A DNA stretch of 63,357 nt, the filler included, from Octopus bimaculoides (Eukaryota): assembly GCF_001194135.2 (NCBI RefSeq). It is 5 parts of 5 records of this genome, joined end to end, with 100 filler letters (N's around TTAATTAATTAA, not from the genome) between each part and the next. Parts side by side here need not be neighbours in the genome. Positions count along the whole stretch, not along the records: positions 1 to 26,936 come from NC_068983.1; 4 more parts are not named here. One strand, written 5' to 3'. The position numbers were made by a program, and so were the translations under genes. Under the pieces are notes generated by a model. The model did no database searches and was not told the DNA's origin. It worked only from the letters and a program-made list of their open reading frames with translations. Below, in pieces: positions 1 to 11,750 of the stretch (position 1 is its first letter; the number at the start of each line of letters is the position of its first letter).

Positions 1-354
1 CAGCAGATGACAACGTTTCTCTAAAAGAAATGGAAAAACTTTCAAAATACAATGACCTGGAAATAGAGATAACTCGAATGTGGAATCTAAAAACAGAAGC
101 AATTCCTATCATAGTAGGTGCCTTAGGTATAATAAAAAAATATTCAGACAAATACATAACAAAAACACCAGGCCTTACAAATATATATAACATACGGAAA
201 ATTGCACTACTGGGTACTGCACACATTCTACGCAAAACACTTTCAATACAGTAAACATAAGAGCACCACAGCAAACCACAGCACATACCCAAGGCGCACA
301 GAGCTGTGCTCGGTAGTGAAGTGAAAGCACGTTATAAAAATAAAACTACTGAAC
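1..354 (+). mobile_element. 3' end of Dong/R4-type non-LTR retrotransposon (restriction-like endonuclease C-terminus plus 3' UTR), ending at an (AAT)n tract
   Basis: ORF 30-254 EKLSKYNDLEIEITRMW...IPIIVGALG...KIALLGTAHILRKTL matches the REL-domain C-terminus of R4/Dong LINEs; short 3' UTR then AATAAT at 355. Confidence 0.85.
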
Positions 355-390
355 AATAATAATAATAATAATGATGATGATGATAATTAT

Positions 391-548
391 AACAACAACA
401 ACATCGACAATAACTTTAGGAATGAGAACACAGGTTCCAAATTTCCCCAAGACACTTGATGATGGCTGGAGGTTATATTAGCCGAAACGTTGTGTCAACA
501 ACAAACAAGGTGAAGACAACTATCCGTCAAATGTAAATAATGTAAATA
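391..548 (+). mobile_element. Tail of hammerhead-bearing short repeat (copy 1)
   Basis: Aligns by eye with 45623-45790 (-) and 45956-46070 (+): AACATCGA..TAGGAATGAGAAC..GGTTC..AATTTCCCCAAGACAC..AACAACAAACAAG..TATCCGTCAAATGTAAATAA. Confidence 0.8.
451..496 (+). ncRNA. Minimal type I hammerhead ribozyme motif, degenerate (C3U)
   Basis: GACAC-TTGATGA-T-GGCTG(GAGGTTATAT)TAGCC-GAAACGTT-GTGTC: helix I GACAC/GTGTC, helix II GGCTG/TAGCC, palindromic loopless helix III, GUU triplet. Confidence 0.7.
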
Positions 549-2099
549 CTAACACCCCCCCCCACCACCAAATACAATGCAACTATAAATCTACTGCTGC
601 CCTATCTCAAGAAATAACTTGTATACTAGGGCAACATCAAGGAACCCAACAAAGGCGGACAATTCTTTCAAGTAAAGGTCTATACAACATTTGGTGGTAT
701 TCCGAGACAAAAACGAATCTCAGTCAACATCCCTTTCAAGTATGATAGAAGTTGGAATAAGCAACCCAACGATATAAAGGAAAATAATTGCTAAAGCTAA
801 AAATTACAGAAGTTGGTGTACCAAATTCGAACTCTCTATTACTGAAAAGTTAAACATTATACAATAAACATATAACATTTGTAAACATTAAGTTTGAAAG
901 CATCACGCATGCCGCAGACAATCATTGTGTTATTTATTAATGTATAACTTTGCAAATGGCCGAATTGTTTTGTGTAAATAATGAACATGCATGTAAAATA
1001 TATGTTGCCTATGATTTACTATAATTATTTTTATTCTCGCCGTCCTACGATATTTCTACAGATTTATATCTCTCCTTTAGATTGGCAGGAAAATTAATAT
1101 TTCATTCAGTGATACTTATCTTTTTAGAGATTCCCGAGAAGGAGGTATACCACACGGTTACTATCAGTAAGTTGCTTCAACTTTTATATCAGCTCAATAT
1201 ACATCTCCCCAATGATTCCACACTGAGTTTTCCATTTACTTACCTCAGACCCCTACTTACATTCAATTCCATCACTATTCCCTCACAACTCTTTTATATC
1301 TCACTTCTGTTGTTATATGTGGTTTTTGAAAACGTGTAAGCAATCTTCACCTAACCCGCTAGATAGCTCTCTAGTTACCATGATTTCTTTTCAACCAATT
1401 TATTTAACGTCAAATTACTTCCCAAGATTACATTCAAATTCATCGTATTCAAGTGGTATTGTCTGACGCTTCCCAGAAGATAAAGACAATTTTGTCATTC
1501 CACCACTTGAAACCGACCAGGCATATGAATAAAAACAATATAAAAATGTCGGCTAGTATTGGAAGTAAAATTGATATAGTACAAGACATTTATTTAATTT
1601 CTTTCTTTCCATGCAATAGATCAAAATTGCAAATGGAAACATTTGGTATAGCGTGAATTAATATATATCATAGTTATGAAGAAACTTGTTTTTTGAAAGA
1701 ATCAGTGAAATTAATAATGTCCTCCAAGAGAAAATATCTCTGAGAGAGTGCTAAAATATTGAATATAGATTGAATATAGAGTATCTTACGATTGATTCTG
1801 TAACGTGATATATTAAGGTGAACTCTTCATATAATGAATATTATTCGTCGATATGAAAAAAGAAACATGCTTATCTGAAAACCTAATCATCCAACGTTGA
1901 AACTAACGAAGATCACGCCAAAAGTGTGAGATACGCATATGGCAGGGAAAACAATTTTCCATATCAGCAAACATATGCCGAAATTAAATAGCGTTCCAGG
2001 AAGAGGTAAGTCTATAAACGTGCACCTTGCTGGATACAGATATAGATACAAATATGTACTAACATAAATAATAATATGCATGCACACAAAAACGCACGA

Positions 2100-2152
<53 letters not shown>

Positions 2153-3299
2153 NNNNNNNNNNTATATATATATATATATATATATATATACTATGATACA
2201 CACATTTAAAACACCATTCATACAAGTACACATAGACGAACACACATGTACGCAAGAACAAACACACTCACAGATCTATATATTTCCCTATCATTCTATT
2301 CTATCTATCAATCTCTCTATGTACATATGTATTTATATACAAATGTACACACACACAAGCACATACATATATAGATATAGGTGTACACGAACATTTGTGT
2401 ATAGGAACAAATATATATATGCAAAGATAATTATATATATAAGTACACATGCATACACACTCACACACACACATACAAACNNNNNNNNNNNNNNNNNNNN
2501 NNNNNNNNNNNNNNNNNNNNNNNNNNNNNNNNNNNNNNNNNNNNNNNNNNNNNNNNNNNNNNNNNNNNNNNNNNNNNNNNNNNNNNNNNNNNNNNNNNNN
2601 NNNNNNNNNNNNNNNNNNNNNNNNNNNNNNNNNNNNNNNNNNNNNNNNNNNNNNNNNNNNNNNNNNNNNNNNNNNNNNNNNNNNNNNNNNNNNNNNNNNN
2701 NNNNNNNNNNNNNNNNNNNNNNNNNNNNNNNNNNNNNNNNNNNNNNNNNNNNNNNNNNNNNNNNNNNNNNNNNNNNNNNNNNNNNNNNNNNNNNNNNNNN
2801 NNNNNNNNNNNNNNNNNNNNNNNNNNNNNNNNNNNNNNNNNNNNNNNNNNNNNNNNNNNNNNNNNNNNNNNNNNNNNNNNNNNNNNNNNNNNNNNNNNNN
2901 NATACATTCACATATATATACCTATACATATATACTTAGATATATATACATACATATATATATATATATATAAATATATATATATATGCTACTTCCTTAA
3001 AATGGGTTACATTTTAATTTTCCTTTAAATAAATGCATTAAAAGAAGAATGTTTTGGTTTGTTTTACATATTTCGGTTTTTAAAAAATCGTCATGTATTT
3101 TTTCCCCTAAAAGGATATAAGTAAAGAGAAAAAGATGTATTAATAAAATTAAATTAAAATTAAGATAAAAATGAATATTCATTGTTTACTTTCCTTTTTT
3201 TCGGTAGTAATTTACCGTTAATTTTCGTGGCATGACAATTTGAACTGTGACCGCATACTATTACAATGGTAATTTGCGATCACAGACAGTTCGATAACT

Positions 3300-5530
3300 T
3301 ATATTTTGATGGCAGTCACAATGTTTCTTGAGTTGAATTTCGATTTCAATAGACGTATGAGACGCTTGAAGTATGCAATCACCTTGGGTTACATTTCCCT
3401 GTACAAGATATTGTGCAGCTCCAGGATCCCAAGGTATTTGTACCTCTCATCATCCGGGTCTTCTATTCTCTTTCTGTTTGGCAATTCTATGCTCATACTA
3501 TTTGCTGTTTCGTCCCCTTGCAAGTAAGCACCGCACACTTCGATATACCGAATTCCATCCCTATATATATATATATGCTTCACATTTTTAGTCTCAACCA
3601 GCATCCATTTGAGGCTCTGATTTAGTGAACAGTTTTAAATTGTCAACGAAGAGAAGGTCGTTGAGACGGGGTTCGTTCTTTCTCAGCTCATAGGGTAGGT
3701 TGATTTTACGTAGGACTACAGAAAGTGGGGTCAAGGCTATAACAAATAATACAGATTCACATGTGTCTCGTTGGAAGTTATCTCTTTTGATTGATGCGTT
3801 TTCCAACTAGGCATGCTGTTCTTAATAAGTGCACAAACGTACTCAGCTGTTCCACACATGTCGAGTGTTTCCAAAATCCACGAAGGCGTCAACATGCCCA
3901 TGCCATGCATAACATTTATGGTACCGATTACAGTTCTTCACTATAACTTTGTCTATCACAATGTGATCCTTGGTGCGCTTGGATTCTTTTCAGCATCCCT
4001 TTTGTTCTACTAGCAGAAGATTGTTTTCCACAAGGAAGATATATGTTTTCACTATGAGGGTATCTGTTAATACTTTCAATATTCCCCTTTCTTCTATCTT
4101 TCATTACAAGTGCTGTCCTCTCAATCACCATCCACGCAGATGCACTACCTTTCTGGAGACACTCATTCAATTAGGCTGCTATTCTTTTATGCCCCGCGTG
4201 GCATGTCTTCAACCAGAAGCCATGAATCCCATCTGGTCCGGCGGTTTCAGTTAGGTACTTTAACCACTTTTACATTCACATCACCCATGCTTATCACAAT
4301 GTTCCTTTGTTTCTTTCCTGCTTGTAATTCTGTCTTGATAGTTCCTATCCACATTGCATCCCTTTTAGGCACCACATTGTTTCCGTATAATCCGCTCCAG
4401 AACTACTTCACTTGCTTTGTATCGGGAGCATTATATTCCCCATTGTCTCATTCTAACGTTCGGAAGTATTTCCGATTTATTTTTGGACAAACTGTTCTCT
4501 GGCTGATTATTTCTTTTCACAAATCTGATCTTCTGGCATTTTGCCATGATCCTCTTTTGTAACTGCTCTATTAATGCATCAAACCCTTTGTTCCGTATTT
4601 TATATTTTTTCTCTAATTTTCCTCGGTCGGGCTCTTTCCCATTTTTCCAGTTTCCTCCTAACCGTTGCTCAAATTTTCATAGATATTACTTCGATCGCAT
4701 TATGTCCCTTTCAACGTGTCGTTTCTACCTTGCTTCTTTTTCTCCACCATGTTTTGTTCTCTTAAGTTACAATTTCTTCTCAACAAGTAGCGCAATAGCC
4801 AGGAGAAGATTCATTGTTTTATGTCGTCTGTATTGATGTATCGTATGACAGTATTCAACGTTTGTGTTACTTTCTTTATCATACTCCTATTTAAACCATA
4901 CCATATTCATGGGGATTTTTACTTCTGGTGTATTCATCAAGTCGGTGAATCGTGTTTGATTTTGAGGCAATTCATTACCTAGTTGGTTCATTTCCCTTAC
5001 ATGTCCACCCACCACCGTATCAGGGTTCACTGTAAAACCTTCCTGTTCCTCATCCTTAACAGCCCCATCACCATTCTCCTGTTCCTCCTGTCTACTCTTC
5101 TCCCTGATTCCAACTTCTACCTCTCTGTTTGCAACACCGAACATCCTTTGTAGTCCATCCGCAAGGTCTCTCGTACTCTCACTACTTCTCATAATATTTC
5201 TACTCTAGTTAAGTAACCATTCCACCTAATCACTCTCACTTGGTTCATTAGTTTCTTTTCTGGACACATTGGACACATTAGACACATTTCTGGACACATT
5301 GGACACATGTCATTTTCCATCCAAAATTTCAAGGTACGTCGGCCTACTCCGCGACTTCTTTCCAGCTTTACTCTTTCATGACATTCAATAAGTGTATCGT
5401 ACATTTCCTACGTCCACTTATATCTGTTTTGACACACACCGTGTACGTAATCTATTGTGACACAACAACCGTCCGAGCCCAGATCACTGCCCTTGACACA
5501 GGGCGTTTCGGACGTGCCGGGCGGGAAAAC
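3300..5530 (-). mobile_element. Decayed Dong/R4-type LINE (N-terminal region plus RT domains, many stops and frameshifts)
   Basis: Fragments EKKLMNQVRVIR..GYLT (5189-5404), KYKIRNKGFDALIEQLQKRIMAK, RTALVMKD..KGN (3928-4170), IKRDNFQRD..LFVIALTPLSVVLRK..LLFVDNLKLF (3594-3806), YKYLGILE (3389-3604). Confidence 0.85.
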
Positions 5531-5544
5531 TTTACATTATGATT

Positions 5545-5650
5545 TCAAATTCCGCTGTAGGTGGCCTTGCCTTTCATCCCTTCAGAGTCTATAAGATAAA
5601 TATGAGTAGAAAACTCAGGTTGATGTAATTGATTTATCTCCTCTCCAAAC
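5545..5650 (+). mobile_element. Fragment of abundant tRNA-derived SINE (family S2)
   Basis: TTCAAATTCCGC..CTTGCCTTTCATCC..GATGTAATTGATTTATC matches fuller copies at 40006 and 44603. Confidence 0.6.
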
Positions 5651-7834
5651 AATATAGATGAAAATTTACATATGCAATATTAAAGTTTGAAGTACCATAT
5701 AGAACATATGGCACTGATAGAAAATGATTCTATTTATGATACTTATTAAAAACTTATTAGTACATTCGCATAGAAAATTGGAAACGTTTATTTTTGTAGA
5801 ATATATCAATGTAAAACAAGCTATAATGACAAGTGGAATATTTAGCAAATAATAAGATCGATAAATACCAAACAATTATATTGCGAGCCAACATAAAGAG
5901 AAATATTGTTATAACGAATGTAAGTATAATACATAGGCATTTGTACATTAGAGTAAATGTTGGCTATGACGTAATAAGTAGAATCGATGAAAAGACGTTT
6001 TCTGCTTTCAACAGATTTCTAACTTAGAATTTCTGATTTTATTAAGCATTAAAAGTGTATCACATAGCGAATTATTACCAACCAATGATATAATTTAATT
6101 TCAAACTTTTAGATGTGAAATCACAAAATGCTTTTACTTGTTGAAACGCTTAAAAGTCTCCATTTTGAATAGCTTTATTATATACGAAATACTATTTGTG
6201 CACAGAATAATGAAATATATCGAAAAATATCTAAAAGTGTCAATGCAGTAATCACAAATTTCATAATTTGCTGACTAGAAGCAATAGTTTTTATAGTCAA
6301 ATCTGATGTTGAGAGATGAAAAGAACTATACATATGCAATGCACTATGAAGAACTAGAGGCAAGAACAGATTAAAAGAAATAACACAAATAAGTCAAGTG
6401 AAATGTTAATTCTACAGTATTTTCAATGAGAGAAAAATGGTATTTATATGAATATTTCGCTTCAACTTCGTGATTATTTCGATAAAGCAATACTAATTTC
6501 AAATAAGCGGTCCCCTTGTTGTCGCAATCTTGTATTTAACAAAAAAAAACACATACACATACGCACACAAAAACACACGTACATATACGCATGCACACGC
6601 ACGCATACATTATACATAGAATGTGTGTGTTTATTAAGACAGTTAGATAGAACTTGCTGGAAGTATGAACTAATCTAATATTGCCAAGTATCGCGAAATC
6701 ATACAGAAGAGAAATCCAAAGCATGTGCATGTTTCAGAAGAACGTGTATTCACTTCTTTATGCGTATACAGAAAACCAGAAGTTGCAAATGCAAACAAAT
6801 GTTCCATCTTTATTTCTACCTATCATTAGTGTTGTATAAGTACAAGCTTTGTGCTGGATTTATCGCTGAAGAAACAGTCAATGGCGTCGAGACTGGTATA
6901 GGATCACCTTCTCTCAACGGATTTAGCTATTCGTCCACTGCTCTTATCCGGAATGGTAATATATGTACGAAATGCAAATGGAAGAATGGAGAAATAATCA
7001 TTTAGCATTATTTGAACCTAGAACACATGCATCAACATTTATTTCGCCGTATCTCACTAAAGATGAATTCATTATTGGATGACGTTCGTATAATGAACAA
7101 GATAACAGCTCAATTTCGTAAACTGCGATTTTTTTTTGACTTGCATTATGTGTAAAGATTATTCACCCATTGTTGTTGCTGCACTTGAAAACGGGTCTAA
7201 TGACATCGATACACATTTTACATTTTTCTTTCACACCTTAGAGTATTGTGTGTGCACTGTTCCACTCGCACTTTTAAATATTTTAAAAAGTAGCAAATTG
7301 TAATAGTGTAGTATTTTAACACCTACCATGTTTATCTTAGGTTATAATTAGTACATATTTAAATTGAAATTGAACTTTTATAGTATATTTTTGAACTCGC
7401 ACATAATGTATAATCTTCCTGTGACAACTAAAATTTCAACTTTTCCATGGATGGTATATGGTTTTAATTAATTTTTTTTAACATCACTTTTCCCATTGAT
7501 GTTAGTTTTAGTGTGTATCTTACTTACTTTATTTTATTTAACTTAAAAGAATAGGATATTTTGAAATTTCTCAATAGTGTTTAATAGTTTTCAAAACTTT
7601 TAAAAATTTTATTTGATACCTGACCCTAAAGAATATATGTTATTCCATTATTTTATTTTTCTGGTGGTATTACTACTGTTATTTTATGGTTGACTTAAAA
7701 TAAATCTACTCCTTGTTCCATTATTATTTTGTACTTGACCCATGTTAGTTAACACAAGTTCCCGATTATTTAAGATAGTGTGGTCTAATTATATTAGTAC
7801 ATAATTATCATGTTCTCTATTAGTTGTTTAGTTC

Positions 7835-8175
7835 ACCATTATATTCTATGTTAATTCCACCATTCAGTTTATAAGTTTCTTAAACCTTCATGAGTCCATC
7901 ATTATAACCTATGAATCGATTCTTTACATTAGATATAAAATGAATTTTATCTGTTATGTGTCCTTTAAATGATATTAGATATATAAGCTTTAATTTTAAC
8001 CATTATATTCTATGTCAATTCCAATCATTCATTTTACCAGTTTCTTAAACCTTGATGAATCCATCATTATAAAACCATGTAAATCCTATGTATCAATTCT
8101 TTACAGGAGTTATAATATAAATTCTAACTCTTATCTGTCCTTTAAATAATATTAGATATATAATTTAATTCTAAT
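7835..8175. repeat. Diverged tandem duplication, about 164-bp unit x2
   Basis: ACCATTATATTCTATGT.AATTCCA...GTTTCTTAAACCTT.ATGA.TCCATCATTATAA...GTCCTTTAAAT.ATATTAGATATATA begins at 7835 and again at 7999. Confidence 0.8.
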
Positions 8176-8193
8176 TTCTAAAATAATTATTAG

Positions 8194-8232
<39 letters not shown>

Positions 8233-9563
8233 TTCACATCTTATCTATGGTTCTTTATATTGCTGTAAATAAGTCTAAATGTACTTTACCAGATCACTTT
8301 AAATTAATATTACTTCATGGTTTTTGCATACTGAATGTACTGATTAGTTACATTACTATACACTATTTCTTTTTATTTCTTATTTCATTATTTATTTATT
8401 TATTAATTTATAATTAGCTTTTATTTATTCACATATTAAATAAGCAAATATTGGTATATCACATTTTCCAAACTTAGCATATGTAAAAAAATACTGATAC
8501 ATTATTCTGATTAGTGAAAACTATGAATAAACATGTACTGTATCAGAACACATACAGCAACTTTATTTTATATACTTTTGACCTAGGTGCCTTATGTTAA
8601 ACTTCCCCTGCTCCATCATAAACTTGTCTGCAAGTAGTGAAAACCCCATAACATATAGTAGTCTGTCACGAAAACCAAAAGAATCTTTATAAACATATCA
8701 TCCACGTATATTGTTTACCCCTTTCCCTATAAGGAAAAAAGCTGGTGCCCTCTGAAGATTTGAATCACTAGGTCTGATAAAAGGAAACAAAACAAAAAGC
8801 AAATAAANNNNNNNNNNNNNNNNNNNNNNNNNNNNNNNNNNNNNNNNNNNNNNNNNNNNNNNNNNNNNNNNNNNNNNNNNNNNNNNNNNNNNNNNNNNNN
8901 NNNNNNNNNNNNNNNNNNNNNNNNNNNNNNNNNNNNNNNNNNNNNNNNNNNNNNNNNNNNNNNNNNNNNNNNNNNNNNNNNNNNNNNNNNNNNNNNNNNN
9001 NNNNNNNNNNNNNNNNNNNNNNNNNNNNNNNNNNNNNNNNNNNNNNNNNNNNNNNNNNNNNNNNNNNNNNNNNNNNNNNNNNNNNNNNNNNNNNNNNNNN
9101 NNNNNNNNNNNNNNNNNNNNNNNNNNNNNNNNNNNNNNNNNNNNNNNNNNNNNNNNNNNNNNNNNNNNNNNNNNNNNNNNNNNNNNNNNNNNNNNNNNNN
9201 NNNNNNNNNNNNNNNNNNNNNNNNNNNNNNNNNNNNNNNNNNNNNNNNNNNNNNNNNNNNNNNNNNNNNNNNNNNNNNNNNNNNNNNNNNNNNNNNNNNN
9301 NNNNNNNNNNNNNNNNNNNNNNNNNNNNNNNNNNNNNNNNNNNNNNNNNNNNNNNNNNNNNNNNNNNNNNNNNNNNNNNNNNNNNNNNNNNNNNNNNNNN
9401 NNNNNNNNNNNNNNNNNNNNNNNNNNNNNNNNNNNNNNNNNNNNNNNNNNNNNNNNNNNNNNNNNNNNNNNNNNNNNNNNNNNNNNNNNNNNNNNNNNNN
9501 NNNNNNNNNNNNNNNNNNNNNNNNNNNNNNNNNNNNNNNNNNNNNNNNNNNNNNNNNNNATAT

Positions 9564-9597
<34 letters not shown>

Positions 9598-10654
9598 TAT
9601 TGGCAACAAAGTTCATTAAAATTAATAATCTGCTAAAATTTAACTCATTCTTTCACAAATGTTTATTACAATAATAAGTCTGTTGAAATATTTCGCATCG
9701 TAAGAAGAAAAATTCTGAAGATAGAGAACATAAAGCACGAAGAAAATTCAGTCACTATTTTATATTTTATTTTTTTTTGTCATAATATTTATTTGGTATG
9801 ATGGCCTTAAGCTCTCAAAAAATATTGTTGTCTAAATAATTTTCAGCGAAATAAGTATATTATTGTACACATTTATAGTAGAGTACATAAAATAAATATT
9901 ATTTGAAAATAATATTTCTAAACGAAAATTATCCTTTATAATTGTGGAAAAATTTTCCCCGAAAAAGAACAGAGTAGAAATTTTTTTGTTAAAATTGCAT
10001 AATTAATGTTGAAGAATATATATACCGTGTCTAGGAAGACATCTTTGAATAATTCATAGAATAACATACAAAAGTTAAGTATATTTAAACTATAGGTTGA
10101 CTAATTTGATGCAATATTTGTGAATGGTATTTAGGTGCACCTAGTAGAGAAAGTATAATCTAAATTTTGAATATATTTTCAAAAGTATATATACACGATG
10201 AAAACAAAATTGGCTTAGACATTTTAGTTATATGTATTTACTTTCCAAATTCAATTTCGGGTTCGAAAGAATTTACAGTTTAACTTGCCGTGGGTGGAAA
10301 CAATACTGATGGTCCAATGCCTGTACGATATAATTCAATATGTCATAGCAAACCATATGTGGAATTGGACATTTGTGCGTAGAAATCAACAGAATCAAAT
10401 AATGCGTATCCTATACATTTACAGACGGGAATTACTCAGGGTAACAAAATACTATTCAGGGGAAAACATATGGTATTGCAGACCGGAAAGCTGATATACT
10501 TTGCAAGAAGACAAAAATATGAAACAAATATCGGAAAAATAAAGATATATGGTATATCCAGCTTCCCTCTTCCGTGCAGAGACTTGGAGAGCACTATTTT
10601 CCTTACTTCATGGATACTTTCTGTATCAAGCACATAATTTGCATATACTTATGC

Positions 10655-10687
<33 letters not shown>

Positions 10688-10697
10688 NNNNNNNNNN

Positions 10698-10740
<43 letters not shown>

Positions 10741-11230
10741 ATGTATGTATATGGAGAAAATCTCACATTAACAAACGCATCAGTTGGATCACAGTTTTTA
10801 GTAGGAAGCATGACGTAACAGATATGTGACGTAAAAACTCTTACGGCCGTTTCCTATCCGTTGCCAAAGCGCTGTCTATAAATAAATGCGAAAATAAAGT
10901 TGTTCATCATCATACTTTTAAAAGCGGTTTTGTTACTGTTTGTGTAACTACTTTTATATTACTTTTTATAGTAGCGTTTTGTTACCGTTTATGTAACACT
11001 ATTTTTCATGCTTCCTATTGGGAAATAAATAATAAATATATTTTACTTTTGAAGTAAGAATATATATTGATAAAGACATCACTTATAACTTACTTATAAG
11101 TGTTATCATTATATATAAATCCTGACTGCAGCAACATAAGCGCCACAGCGAGAAATATATTCTCTGTAACGCAAACGGACAGATTATGCGAGCATATATG
11201 TTGAAGATAAAGGAATCCGTGCCCTTTTAA

Positions 11231-11750
11231 GCGCTATAAAAAATAACACAGTTTCATAATTTCAGAAATTATTTTCATTAACAAGTTGAAGAACGTGAAG
11301 AAAGAGAAAATAATTACAACAGCATTTTTTATGTACATTTAACATTTATAGTACAATTGGAAAGAAAAGTCATTTTGTCGTAGAGAATTACGACTTAAAC
11401 AATTCACACTAGCTTATCCTTCATACTAACTACTAGAGTTCACAATAATTGAAATAAGTCTTGTTGGATTTTTATCATAGGCATGGCATATAAAAACAGC
11501 CAACGTCTCAACGAGTGAGTGTTATGGAATTTAGTAACATCCAACGAACACTGATTAATGTCCCCAAAATCAGGGTTTTATACCTGCTCATACCTGAATT
11601 CTAAGAACCGTGTCTCGTGAAAGAATTCTCTGTGACAAAAGTTTAGAATTCAAATTTGGGCAGTAATTTAACCAATGGGATTACCAAAAATTATGCTTGT
11701 TCGGGCAAATAACCATTACGTCATATTGCCGCCTTTTGTTACTTGCTACA
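11231..11750 (-). repeat. Putative 3' LTR of Gypsy element
   Basis: About 520-bp direct repeat of 15769-16289 (roughly 85% by eye); minus-strand start TGTAGCAAG preceded by purine-rich CTGGTGAAGAG (PPT-like); the CA end is not defined. Confidence 0.65.

Noticed and set aside
5265-5312. MCPMCPEMCLMCPMCP Cys-rich peptide
   Set aside because: Produced by a 9-nt repeat (GGACACATT) expansion inside the dead LINE; not a metal-binding protein.
8440-8700. Faint polB-like words (SDT, YAKFG) on the minus strand suggesting a Maverick/Polinton
   Set aside because: Motifs are in the wrong order and need several frameshifts; not supportable without an HMM search.
10280-10500. Cys/Gly-containing reads resembling an EGF-like exon
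   Set aside because: Stops in each candidate frame and no coherent splice pair.
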